From: Blastocladiella emersonii ATCC 22665
Lineage: Eukaryota; Fungi; Blastocladiomycota
Direction: 5' to 3'
Assembly (NCBI GenBank): GCA_025594325.1
Contig: JANHCV010000002.1
Location: forward strand, 186,001-250,000
DNA length: 64,000 bases
A program made the translations under genes and the position numbers. Positions 33,764 to 46,312 of the stretch are shown piece by piece. Position 1 is the stretch's first letter. Each line of letters opens with the position of its first letter. A model generated the notes under the pieces. The model ran no database searches. It worked only from the letters and a program-made list of their open reading frames with translations, and was not told the DNA's origin.

Positions 33764-35698
33764 CTAGCTTCGCGACGCGTCATACGGCGAAGCCCGCTCA
33801 TTCGAACGCTGGCTCGACGTCGACCTCGATTCGTCACCGCTGACGCTGCTCAAGACCGAGGGCGTTGATGTCTGCGGCGGGTTCACGCCAGGCTCGTGGC
33901 GGTGCAGCTGTGGATCCACTGCAGCCGCGAGTACAGGCCCGCTCGCCGCGAACTGAGAAGCGACAGAAGCCATGCCGCCGAGCCCCTGGATCAGCATGGA
34001 GGCGTAGAGATTCAGATTGGCAGAGAAAGCCACGAACGCCGCCTGCAGCTGCAGCGCGTGAACAAAGTCTTGCTGAGTGAACGAGGGAAGCGCTGGAGCG
34101 GGTGGCTCGGGATACGACGGCGCTGCCGAAGAAGGATGTGAGGTCGGAGCAAGTCCACTTACGTCCGGATAATAATAGTTGTAGGAAGAGTCCGCCTCGT
34201 CCGCCGGCCCGCGGACGTGTGAATCGTAGTGGTTCAGGCGAGAGAACGAAGTCGGCGGCGAGGATGAGCGCAAATCAGCGTGCGAATCGTGGCGGTGCCA
34301 CGAGGGCGACCGCGATCGGCTGCGGCGCTCGCTGCTGTGGTCGTGGTAGGCGTGCTGGTCTCCGTCAGCCGAACTGCTACGGCCGCGCGAGTCGGGAGGC
34401 GAGCGGCTACGGCGGCGAAACTGGCCTCGTGGAGAGTGATAGGAAGACTCGTACTGATTGGGGCTGCGAACTGGCGCGGACGCACGTCGGTTGGTTTGCC
34501 AAGCACCGCGGTCATTCGAGTACGAGCGAGAATGTGACTGAGAACGTGAGCGTGAACGTGAACGTGTGCGGGATCGCGGACGAGGGCGTGAACGTGAGCG
34601 AGAGCGAGAGCGAGTGTAAGAATGAGAGCGTGAACGAGACGGCGAGCGCGAACGGGACTGCGAGCGAGAACGGTCAGGATCGGGCCCGCACTTGATCTCC
34701 TCGAGAGTGATGGTGCCTGCTCGGTGCGGATGCAAGTCAGGCTCGTGCTCCTGGTCCGTGGCGTCTGCGAAGGGGCAGGGAAGCGAGTTGGCCCATCTCG
34801 GACGGAGGCCCGGTGGGATCACGATGGATAGGTCCAGGACCTTTTGGACGGTATCGCTAAGGCAGGTCGCAGGTTAATCTCGCCGCTTCGCACCGAAGAA
34901 CGAGGATGCGTACATGCTCGACTGATCCCACGCGAGCTGGACGTAGAAGGCAGCGTCCTTGGACCAGGACTGATTCAACTTCGTGCACGCCTGTAAGCGT
35001 GCACGGACGTCGAAGAACTCGACGAAAGCAACCAGCAAACCTCTATATGATCCGTCGAGTAATCGTCAGCCGGGCGTGTGGTAACGAGACGACGAGCGAG
35101 TGGTCCACGTACCGGCGAGACTCCTCCTCGACGAGCTCAAATGACCGCAGCTCGCCAAACTCGGCCAGCCGCTGCTGAAGCCAAGCAGCGCTGAGCAAAG
35201 GATCAAGCGGAGCGGACTTGGACTGCAGCTCGATGCGAAGCGAGCCCTGGCTGATGGCGGCCGAGCACGGTGTTCGATGGCGCACGGGATCGCTCGGCAC
35301 CATGTGGTGGCCCTCGATGCGGACGCCCCAGTGCTGCCGCCCGTGCCACTGCGCCAGCGCTGATTGCGCGTCGCGAAGATCGTGCTACGGTTCGAGGTGA
35401 GTGAACGCATTAGGAGGAGGGATCAAACGAGCGAATAAGCACGCACAAAGTTGATGATGGCGAGCTGACTCGCGCCGGCAGCGAGCGGCGCCGTGTAGAG
35501 GTACACGCGCTGTACGCCGGCACACTGGTCCATGAGCTCCTGGCGGTAGTCGATGCGGCTCCGCTTGTCCAACTTCCAAACAAGACGGATGGATCGGCTT
35601 GGTGGTATCTTGGCCCACACGCCGTCGTCGCCCACGGCCGCCGCTGAAGGCGTGCCGGCCTGCGCAGCGTTTGGGGAATACGAGGCCTCGGACATCAT
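33764..35698 (-). CDS. SR-like paralog A': 2 RRM-like domains + RS-rich + low-complexity tail, 581 aa; exons 35698-35447, 35384-35113, 35042-34914, 34856-33764
   Basis: Introns of 62, 70 and 57 nt (phases 0,2,2) give one frame. SIRLVWKL (RNP2-like), LLVAFVEFF (RNP1-like) and RSRSQSRSRSPSRSRS. Confidence 0.8.
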
Positions 35699-36033
35699 TT
35701 CGCGTTGGTGTTGTCGATGTTGCAGCAAGTCAAGCGTTGCAACGAGTGACCATCAGCTTCATGTGACTGCGGGTCCGGGGAGAATCAGCGGAGTGGAAGT
35801 TCAACGCGACGCGTCGGCTCCCCGCCCGAGCGACTCGGCGGACGGACTCGCGTCGCTCATCTCACCCGAGGCCAGCACTGCGTTCAAACCATGTTTTACA
35901 GGCCGCAGCCAAGTCTGTTACGGCCATGAAAGTGTGTGGGGGAGAGGATACAGAAAAGGGGGAAACATTCAAACACGACGGCAGGGAGCGAGCCAGAGAG
36001 CTTCGTCGCGGTCGTCAGCGAACCGTGCGCCGC

Positions 36034-38583
36034 TCAACGACGGCCCGACTGGCGGCGGTCGGCCGAGGTCGCGCGGCCGTCGGCGTTGGCGGCCGCGGGG
36101 GCGGCCTGGCGCGGGATCGCGGCGAGGAGCGCCGCCGTGACGTTGTTCGGCTGCTGCTGCTGCCACAGCTGCTGCATGAGGGCGAGCGTGGTCATGACGG
36201 GCGAGTACTGGACCTGCGGCTGCTGGACCTGCACCTGCGGCGGCGGCTGCTGCTGGTGGTGGTGGTGGTGCGGGTCGGCCGTGGCCGCGGCGGCGGTCGC
36301 TGCGGTAACGGCCGCATTCGGGTTCTGCATCGCAGCCATGGCCGCGGCCACCATGTACGGGTTCGTCTGCATCTGCGACTGAAACTGGGCCATCATCTGC
36401 ATCATCTGCAGCGCCGCGGCGGGGTTCACGGGCGCATGGAGCCCGGCCGGTGCGAGCTGGACCGCGGGCGGCGGGAGCTGGACGGGCGCCGGCGGGCCCG
36501 CGGGCGGCGGCGGCAGCGCGCGCTCACGCTTGTGCTCGCGGTCGCGCGTGCGCGGCGGCGGGGGCGACCCGCGGCGCGGCGAGTAGGAGCGCTGGCGAGA
36601 CTGGCGATGGGTGCGCGACTGCGACTGCGGCGGAGGGGGCGGCGAAGCGTGGCGCGAGCGCGACGCGCGCACGGGCTCGGGGCTCCAGCTGCGATCGCGC
36701 TGCTGGTGCTGGTGCTGCGACTCGCGCGGGCGCTTGTACTCGGCGGGGTCGCGGTCGCGGCGGTACTCGGGCTCGCGCTCGCGCTCGCGGCGGTACTCGG
36801 GCTCGCGGCGGTACCCGGCGTCGCGGGCGTACTCGGCGTCGCGGGTGCGCGTCTGGCGCGGAGCAGCGGGGGCGTCGCGGCCGTAGCCCGACGACGACGG
36901 CTCGCGCTGCTGCAAGTACTGCTGGCGCGACGAGGACGGAGGCGGCGAGTCGTCGCGGTGCGAGTAGCGCGCGTTGGTCGGCGCGTCGCGGTACTGGCTC
37001 GAGCGGTGCGCGGTCGAGGAGGGACCGGCCCGACTGCGCGGCGGCGAGCGCGAGCGCTGGCGCCCGCCGTTGGCGTACCGCGAGGAGCCGTAGTCGCCGC
37101 GGGCCGCCCGGAGCGAGCACCGCGGCTGAACGACCCGTCGCCCGAGTTCTCGGGCGGCATGCGGCCGGTCTCGACGATGCGCAGGGCCCACACGGGCAGG
37201 AAGCGCTTGGGGATCGACCACTCGCCGGACAGGAGCTGGTGCGGGGCGTCGCTACATGGTGGCGGGCAGAGTGTGAGATGCGGCTCCGAGCGTGAGCCAC
37301 AAGGGAGTCGAAACGTACAGCGAGAGCTTGTCCCACGCGAGCTGGGTGCGCATCGTGTAGTCGTCGAGCTTCTCGCCGTTGAGCGACTCGCACGCGTCGT
37401 TGCGCTCCTTGCTGCTGAAGAACTCGATGTACGCGTAGTACGAGCTAGATCCGAGGCATCGCCATGGGTCAGCTCGGCAACCCGCCAGCGATACATGCCG
37501 CCGAGGCGTGCAACGTACCCCTGCGAGTCCTGGTCGAGCTCAAACGAGTAGATCTCGCCAAAGGCGCCCAGAGTAGCCTTGAGGCGCTCGGCGCGCGGCG
37601 GCTCGGTGGGCTGGTCCTTGCTGGGCACGAGGTCGACGCGCAGCGAGCCCTGGCTCCAGCGGTGCTCGCACGGGGTGCGGCGGCGGACGAGCTCGCGCGG
37701 CAGCATGTAGTGGGCGTCGACCTGGGTGTCCCACTGCTCGCGGCGGTGCCAGTAGGTTTTGGCGTTGATGGCGTCGCGCAGGTCGTTCTACGGCGATGGC
37801 AACGGCGAGGTGAGCCTTGGGGATCGAGTCGAACGAGGTGGAAAGCGACGAAAGCGAAGGCGCTCGAGTCGCAAGCGAGGTGGCGAGCGGCGAACGCGAA
37901 GGGATCCGAGCCATATTCGAGCCGCATAAGGCGGCGAGAGGCGAGCGGCGAAAGCGAAGGAGACCGAGTCGCAAGCGGGGAAGCAGCAAGGCAAAACGCA
38001 AGCGAAAGCGAGAGCAAAAGGGGCGTACGAAGTGCAGGATCGCCTGGAAGTCCTCGCCCTTGGCAAGCACGTCGACCTTGTTGACGCCCTCCTCGCGGGC
38101 GAGCTCGCGGCGGTAGACGTCGACGCGGTGGTGGCCGGGCAGGTTGAGCAGGCGGACGGTGCGGGTCGGGGGAAGCGCCGTGACGCCCGCCGCCGCGTCG
38201 CCGCCCTCGGCAGCCTCGCGGTCGTACCGAGAGAGCTGCTGACCGGGCTCACGGTCGTCCTCGTCCATGGGCTCGTCGTCGCGGTCGCGGTCGTGGTTGT
38301 CGCGATCGTCGCGGTCGTCGTGGTCGTCGCGATCGTGGTCGTCGCGATCGTCACGGTCGTCGTGGTGGTCGCGCTCGTGGTCGCGGTCGTGGTCGCGCTC
38401 GGGCTTGGGGTCGGAGTCGACATGTGGCATGGGCGAGCGCGACGGGGAGCGCATGCGCTCGTGCTCGCGCGGCAGGTAGCGGGTGGGCGACGAACCGGGC
38501 GACGCGGCGGGCGACGGGGCGGAGGCGCGCGCCGCGGCGGCGGCGGCGGTCGCGGAGCGGGTCTGCCGCTGGTTGGTGTCCAT
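36034..38583 (-). pseudogene. SR-like paralog B': mirror copy of B with a net 22-nt deletion (frameshift) early in exon 4 at ~37100
   Basis: Exons 38583-38029, 37787-37519, 37444-37319, then from 37251. Reads GGGCGGCCC-GC-GGCGACTAC where B has 24 nt between the same anchors. The shifted frame stops at 36426; the ancestral frame stops at 36034. Confidence 0.75.
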
Positions 38584-41309
38584 GATGCACCGAGTGGATG
38601 GGGTGGGTGAGCTTGATTCGCTGGCCGGGGGAGCGGAGAAGTGAAAGGCGAGAGAGAGAGAGCGGGCGGCGATCACGCCCACCCGCCTGGCGCGTGGCGA
38701 CCTGCGTGGCGACCACTTCGCACCTCCGCCGCACGCCTTGGACAGCTAAAACCTGCGGCGCCTGCACGCGCACGCACACCAAAAAATCCAGAAGCCAGCT
38801 CTCAATAAATTTCGGGCCCGAGACCTGTGCGAGGTTCGCCCTCGCAGCCATGAATTTGTAAATCTAGTCGTCGGCCGCCCCAAGAGGCGAAGAGGCCGGA
38901 AGGTCATGGAATACAGCAGAACAAAGTCGCCGACAAGTTGCTCAAGGTGCCGCGCCTTGCAACCTCCGTGACGGACTTCAAGCAAATTCGGGTGGGATTT
39001 ACAAGTGCGGGGCGGGCGTCGAACCAGTTGTAAGTAGGTCCAGCTGAAAGTCGATCCAGCGAACGAAACGTCGCGCGGCACGGACTTGGGGCCAAGCGAG
39101 GGCGCAAGCGACTTGAGTGCTGGATCGAAGACTGTGGAAGCGGGCGAGCATAGAACGTGGGCGATACGTAAGCGACAGGCTCCAGCTTGGTGTGGTCGCA
39201 AGTATCGAGGCCAATCGTACCCGAAGGCCGTGTTGAGTTGAAAAGCGTCGTGTCGAGCCGAGGCCAAAGAGTCAAAATTGACCTTGGAACCGTTGGAGTT
39301 GGTGGAAATCGAGTGTGAAGGACTTGTTGGCGATTTGACGTCGAACAGCGACCAGGCCGAGGTGCTGGGCAAGAAAGGGTGCTACGGAGGTGACGAAGAG
39401 AGAAGTGTCAACAAGCGAGCGACGCGCCGTCGTCGCGTATGCGCAATCTTAGCGGCTCGAGCAGCGCCATCGAGTCGTTCAAAAGCGGAGACGGGACTAC
39501 CGAAGCGATGATGAAGGGCTTGGATGCTGACGCGAGCCGGGGGTTCGAGCCGCCGGTCCGATCGCCGAGAAGCGTTGATGTACGAGGACACTGGAATGTC
39601 CACGTTCGAGCCGCGCTACGTACCGACAGGTTGGCGCAGTAAACCAAAAGCGAGAGCTGAGACCACGGAAAACCTCGATGTTCTCGAAACTAGGTGAGAT
39701 TAGGGCGTGAAGAAGATCCATTCGGGCACGAGTTGCGTGTCAAGCAGTCCGAAAGTCGAGAACACGACACGGGAAGCGGAGGAGAGCAATCGGTGCGTGC
39801 GCCCACCGCCGACTCGACGTCGCCGAGTTTCAGGGCGGGCGCAGGAGGAGCATCGAGGTCGACGTATCTGTCATAAAGAGCAGAGTGCATGAGGTCGCAG
39901 CTTGGCTCGGGGCTTACATTCGCTAGCATGAGGTGGGGTGGTGGGGAGCGGGAGCGGTGGCGGCGGTGGGAGCCGCTTTGGCCACGCCGCTCCCTCCGCC
40001 ATCACGCGCTGTATCGCGATGCTCCTCATGCGCGGCGAATACGTCCTCGCCGCTCGAGTATACGCTCAGCTTATGGGTAATGATAGCTGAAGCCTTGTGC
40101 GATCATCATCGCGCGAGTCACCGCCCGCGTCGCGGTGGAGTCCTCCAACGATGGCCGCGGGCACCACAACCTCACACCATGACGATGGCCGCGAGCACGA
40201 TCGCGACTCCGCGATACTTGTACACAACAGCCCACCCACCCTATATCTCTCCCGCTCACATCGCCACACGCCTCCTACACCTCCCCCGGCTCGGGCGACG
40301 ACCCGATCCCAAGCAGCTCCCGCTGGAGCGCGAGCGATCGCGACCCTCCGCTGCTGCCAACCCTGTCCGCGACGGGCCGCTCCGGCGTCGGCTGCGCCTG
40401 CATGAAGGAGCTTGCAAGCATGGACCCGGGCTGCAGCATGGCCGCGGGCACCGCGACCGCCGTAGCGGGCGCGAGGAACTGCTGGATCCCCGCGGCGGCG
40501 CTGAGCTGCTGCTGCTGCGCCTGAGCCTGCGCGAGTTGCTGGAACACGGCGGCCTGCTGCTGCTGCTGTTGCGCTGCCGCGTTCGATTGCTGTTGTTGCT
40601 GGAGCAGGGCAGCCTGCTGCTGCACGGCATTCGTCTGCTGCTGCTGTTGCTGGAGCAGCGCGGCCTGGAGCGTCGCCTGCAGCTGGAGGTACGGCTGCAT
40701 CACCTGCTGCATGAACGGCGCGAGCGCCGCGGTCAAGTCCATTGTGATCGGGTCCACCACCACCTGCGCGGGCACGACCTCGTCCACCACCTCCCCGGGC
40801 TCGGGCGACGGGGACCGCGAGGAGCCCGTGCTCATGGGCGAACGAGACCGCGACCGCGACCGTGAGACCGAGCGTGAACTAGAGCGGGACCGCGACCGCC
40901 GCGGCGAAGGCGACCGCGACGCGGTACTCGATCCACGGCTGTCCCTGCTCCGGCCGCGCGTAGACGAGCGGCCGCGGCGCGAGGAACCGCGGTCGCGGTC
41001 ACCGTCGCCGTCGGTCGCGTAGCGCGCGAGCCGCGGACGATCCCGAGTGCGGTCACGCTCGCGGTCGCGACTATCAGACCGCGAGCGGCCGCGGCCCGCT
41101 TCCCGCACGGGCGGCGGCGAGTAACTACGCCCGCGACGGCTTGCGGAGCGGGAACGGGAGTGCGACCGACCGCGCCTGCTCTGGGCGGCAGTTGCGGTTG
41201 GTGCGGCGGGCAGCCTGCATTGACGCTCCAGGGCCGCGGCCCAGTTGGGCAGCAGGTGCGGGGCGAGCTTGAGTGCGCCCGTGACGATCTGACGCGAGAT
41301 ATCACTGTT
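37120..41309. repeat. Apparently identical 4,190-bp core of the large inverted repeat, left copy
   Basis: All mirror ORFs have coordinate sums of 97198 and identical translations. First mismatches at 37119/60079 and 41310/55888. Confidence 0.92.
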
Positions 41310-42224
41310 TTCACACGTGAGGGCGGGGGTGAGCATGAGGGCGGACACGGGTGGCGAGAGAAGAACGTACACTGCGTCCCAGTCCCACGAGAGCTCGGCC
41401 GTGATCTCAAACCCCTCGAACTCGTCGCCGTCGAGCCGTTCGCGGGCGAGGAGGCGGTCACGGATATCGTACCACTCGACGTGGGCGACGTACGTGCTAC
41501 ACGGTGCGAACAGCGATGAGCAACCAACCTCGAAACCAGCGTCAGACCCGAGCAAGCGCACCTAGCTGACTCGGCGACGAGCTCGAACATGCGGACCTGG
41601 CCGAACCGGGCGACGAGCTTCTTGAGGCGGTCGGGGCGGGGCGCGCGGTCCCTCGCGCTGCCACCGGTCGAGATGCGGCGCAGCAGCATGCGGATCGACC
41701 CCTGGCTCCGGCGGTAGTCGCACGGGGTGCGGTGGCGGACGCACTCGTTGGGCAGCATGTAGTGGGCGCGCATCAGGACGCCCCACATCTCGCGCAGGTG
41801 CCACGCGCCCATGGCCATTTCGGCCGCGCGGAGATCGTACTAGGCATCACGGGTTGTGAGCGGGGCACCAACTGGAACGAGCGACGCGGGTACGTACAAA
41901 CTGCACAATGGCGCGGTAGGCGCCGCGCGGGCGGTGGTCGGACCGGGGCACGGCGCGGTCGCAGCTGAGCCGGACAAAGGCGACGCCCGGGTACCGCGAC
42001 AGCTCGCGGTGGCACTTTTCGGGGCTGACCCACCCGGGCACGCCCAGCAGCCGCACGCACCGCGACGGCGGCGGCGTCGTGTACCCTTCGCTGCCGTCGT
42101 CCGAGTCTAGGTCGTCGTCCGAGTAGTAGTCGCTGTCCGAGGCGCCCGCGTCCGCGCGAGACGCCGCGGGCTGCGGGTCGCGGTCGAACCGCGACGAAAA
42201 GGTCTGAGATCGGTTGCTGCTCAT
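40275..42224 (-). CDS. SR-like paralog C: 2 RRM-like + RS + poly-Q tail, 586 aa; exons 42224-41898, 41839-41562, 41496-41371, 41304-40275
   Basis: Introns of 58, 65 and 66 nt (phases 0,2,2). CVRLLGVPG, YVAHVEWY, long RS tract and Q-rich block. Confidence 0.82.
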
Positions 42225-42487
42225 GTTGCGCCGACTCGGGCTAGGTGTCCATGGAGTAGTGCGTAGGAGGTGACGGATCAAGGTTGGATCCAGAGCGAAC
42301 GAGCGGAAGCAAGCAAGCGGCCAGCTCATTGCGCGTGACTCGATCTTGCGCCGCCGCTCAGCAACGCAGCACGTCTCGCACCCCTGCGCGTCACGGGCAC
42401 GTCTCCATCTCTCACCAGTCCCGGGTTGTGCCATCGTATCTGTACATTCACGATCGGTACAAGTCCAAACTCACAAATCGCGCGTCC

Positions 42488-44312
42488 TCACGAGGCGGGC
42501 CGCCGGCGCGGATCGCTCGACTGCGGACGGCTCGCCTCCGCCGCCGCTGCTCCCGGTGCCGCTTGCACCCCATTCACACCATTTTGCTGCTGCTGCATAC
42601 CACGCGCAAACGACGCCAAGAGGTCCGCGAGCGAGTTCCCCGCTTGCGGCGCAAACGGCGACCAGAACGGGTTGCCCGACATCTGCATGGCCGCGGCGAG
42701 CTGCTGCATCGGGTTCGGGGCGGGCGGCGGCGGTGCGCCCGATGCGGCGGCAAGCAGGGTGGCGAGGTTGGCGGGCGGCGCGAACGCGGGCGGGGGTCCT
42801 GGTGCCGGCGCTGGTGCGCGCGGGGCCGACGAAGCAGGCGCGCGATCGAGCGAGGCTGCCGAGTCACGGAGCTCGCGCGGCTGCGGAGCAGGTGCTTGTG
42901 CGCGGGGCGACGTGATCCGCGCCCGCGACGACGGCGGCGGGGACGCGTCCCGGCGCGCGTTTGAGCGAGCGGGTGACCGGCTGCGGCGGCGCGGATCGCG
43001 GCGACTCGATGGTGGCGGCGGCGGCGACGATGTGCGGCTGTGCCTACGCTCTCGGCGCGGTGGCGAGCGTGAACGGGACCGGGACCGAGGGCGGTTCCCC
43101 CCGCGGCGATCACGATCACGATCACGGTCGCGGTCGCGGTCACGGTCGCGGCTTGGACTCCGCCGCCGCGCGCCGGTACGGTTTCGGCTTGGGCTATGGC
43201 TTCGCGACTGTCGGCGGGCGCCGCGGGCGCGGTGCGGGCTCGGTGAACGGGCCGATCGCGAGCTGCTAGGCGCAGACCGGCGAGGCGGCGGTGGCGAGCG
43301 GCTCCGCGGGCGAGGGCGCAGGCGCGGGATCGTGATCCCGGCGGGCGGAGGTGCGGGTGCGCCGGAGCCGGACGCAAGCTCCGCCATGCGCTTGTTGCGG
43401 AGGTGCTGCTCGATGCACTGGCCGGCCCACGCGGGGAGGAAGGCGCGCGGGACTTTGGTGGTGCCGTCGAGGACCTCGTTGACAAAGTTGCTACACGGCG
43501 GATGGGACGTCGTGAGTTGGCCGGAGTGGCATGAGCGAGGGCAGAGCAGGGGAGTACGTACATGGTCGACTTGTCGTAGGCAAGAACCGCGCTCAACCGG
43601 AACCCGTCGAGCCGGCCGACGTACTCGTTCAGCTTGCGGTACGCGTCCAGCCGCTTGCCCGAGTCGTAGTATTCGGCGTAGGCAAACCACTCGCTAAACA
43701 GCAATCTTCGCGTCAGCTCTCATCGCCCTCCACGCGCGAACGCACAAATCCGTACCTCGGCGACACCTGCTGAAGCTCAAAGTCGAAAAAGTCGCCGTAG
43801 CTCGCGAGCAGTTTCTGGAGGCGCTGCGGGCACGGCGGCGCGACGGGCTCGGCTCCGGGCTCACCCCGCAAGCTGATGCGGAGCGACCCGACGCCCATGC
43901 CGTGCGGGCACGGGACGCGGTCGCGGAGGGGCTCATTGGGCAGCTTGAAGTGGGCCGTGATCTCGGCGTCCCAGTGCACGCGCTTGTGCCAGTAGTCGCG
44001 CGCCTTGATGGCGTCGCGCAGGTCTTGCTACGGCGCGCGGAAGGCGCGTGGGGCGCGCGGTTCGCGTCAGCCGGGGACGGCGGGCGTCGGACGCATGCGC
44101 GAGGGTGAGGGTGAGGGTGGGCGTACAAAGTGCATCATGGCCTGGAACGTGTTGAACGGCTTCCCGCGCTTGTGCATCACGTCGACGGAGAAGGTGCCGC
44201 GGAACGCCTTGAGCTCCCGCTTGTACTCGTGCGCCGTGCCCCGGCCGGGCAGGCCGAGCAGCCGGATCGACCGCGCCGCGGGGATGTGCGACAGGTCGAC
44301 GTCGTCGTTCAT
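42488..44312 (-). CDS. SR-like paralog D: 2 RRM-like + RS/RD + Pro/Gln tail, 530 aa; exons 44312-44127, 44027-43756, 43693-43562, 43490-42488
   Basis: Introns of 99, 62 and 71 nt (phases 0,2,2). SIRLLGLPG, WFAYAEYY and RSPSRDRDRDRDRDRDRDR. Confidence 0.82.
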
Positions 44313-44615
44313 GTTAATCAGTGGAGCTTCATAGGTTCGCGTGTGCTGCGGGGGAGAGGGGAAGGCGCGAGCGCAAGGCTCCCCTGAAGACACCGGGCGA
44401 GAGCGAGCGGAGAGAAGGAAAAAATGCGACGCGCTGCGCCCCAGCGACGCGTCAGCCCGCATCACCTGACCTTGAACACACTCCCCGCCTGCACGGCCGC
44501 CACTGCGAGCCACGCGCCGCCGCGACGATCATCGTTGGCGCCAGACGACGACGTCGGAGGGTAACCTGCACGCAGCACAAACTCACAGTACCTGCAACGC
44601 ATCAACACATTCACC

Positions 44616-46312
44616 ATGTCGGCGCGGCCCTCCTCCGGAACCAAGGCGGTGGTGGTCAAGGAGCCGCTCGCGACCAAGGGCGCGACCATGGGCGCGGGCC
44701 GGACGCTGTCGCGCGGCAAGGGCCTCGCGGCCGCGCGCGCGACGGCGGCGGCCAAGGCAGCGGCCAAGGAGGCGCGCGAGAAGCGCCTGGACACCAAGGT
44801 GCTGCTGACGCAGGACGCGGGGTACCTCGAGGCCGAGGAGCCCATGGAGCGCACGCACAAGCTGGCGCAGGACGTGCTGCGCGACGAGCACCTGGACCTG
44901 ACGAACCAGGCCAAGGTGTTCCAGCTGCAGCTGCCCGAGTTTGGCCCCTACGGCGCGCTCGACTTCACGCGCAACGGGCGGCATCTGCTGCTCGGCGGGA
45001 AGAAGGGCCACGTCGCGGCCATGGACTGGAAGCGCGGCAAGCTGCACTGCGAGCTGCACCTCGGCGAGACGGTGCGCGACGTGTGCTGGCTGCACAACGA
45101 GTCCATGTTCGCCGTGGCGCAGAAGCACGCCGTGTACATTTACGACAATACCGGGCTCGAGATCCACGCGCTCCGCAAGCACCGCAACCCGCAGCAGCTC
45201 GAGTACCTGCCGTACCACTTTTTGATGGCGTCGATTGTGCGTTCTCGCTCGCTACAACTCCTACTCGATGCATGCTAACCACCCTGAGAACTGAATAGGG
45301 CGACCCAGGGATCATCACGTACCAGGACGTGTCGACGGGGATGGTGTCGGGCGAGCTGTCGACCAAGCTCGGCAAGTGCCAGGTGATGACGCAGAACCCG
45401 TGGAACGCGGTGCTGCACTGCGGGCACAGCAACGGGACCGTGACCATGTGGGCGCCCAACTCGGGGGTCCCGCTGGTCAAGATGCTGACGCACCGCGGTG
45501 CGCTGACGGCCATGGCGGTGGACCCGCGCGGGCGGCACATGGCGACGGCGGGCGTCGACGGGCAGATCAAGCTGTGGGACCTGCGCAACGGGTTCAAGCC
45601 GGTGCACCAGTACTTTTCGCGGGCCGCGGTCAAGGACCTGAGCTTCTCGCAGCGCGGCCTGCTCGCGGTCGGGTGGGGCACGCACACGACGGTGTGGAAG
45701 GACGTGGCGGTGCCCGACGCCAAGGCGCACGCGCCGTACATGACGCACACGATCGGCGGCGGGTCGCAGGCGGCGCGCGTGCAGTTTGTGCCGTTCGAGG
45801 ACGTGCTCATGTACGGGCACGACGGCGGGGTCGGGACCATGGTGGTGCCCGGGGCCGGCGAGCCCAACTACGACGCGCTCGAGGCCAACCCGTACGCCAA
45901 CTACAAGCAGCGGCGCGAGGCCGAGGTCAAGCAGCTGCTCGACAAGCTCCCCGCCGACTCGATCTCGCTCGACCCGAACGCGATCGGCGCCCTGGTCACG
46001 GCCAAGGACGGCCGCGCCGCGCACTTGCCGGGCAGTCGCGAGCGCGAGGCGCCCGCGCCGCTCGACGACGAGCCCGCCGACAACGAGGACGAGGCGACCA
46101 AGCAGCGGCGCGAGAAGCGCGAGAAGAACACGACGTCGGGCATCAAAAAGTACCTGCGCAAGCAGACCAACGTGATCGACGCCAAGAAGGCCAAGCTGCG
46201 CGCCGACATGGAGCGCAAGCAGCGGCAGCGCGACCGCGGGGCGTCGGCCGAGGACGCGGCGGGCAACCCGCTGGCGCGGTTCCGTGCGCCCGCGCTGGCC
46301 AAGAAGCCGTGA
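44616..46312 (+). CDS. UTP7: U3 snoRNP/SSU processome WD40 protein Utp7 (WDR46/BING4), 544 aa, join(44616..45236,45299..46312)
   Basis: FGPYGALDFTRNGRHLLLGGKKGHVA, YLPYHFL, YQDVSTG, and BING4CT-like PGAGEPNYDALEANPY...RREAEVKQLLDKLP. 62-nt intron with a GCTAAC branch point. Confidence 0.93.

Larger units (their letters stand above)
33764..41399. repeat. Left arm of an old ~7.6-kb inverted segmental duplication (partner ~55798-63460)
   Basis: Colinear mirror homology of gene A', the A'-B' intergenic region, gene B', the spacer and the 3' part of gene C. Outer ends are approximate. Confidence 0.85.
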
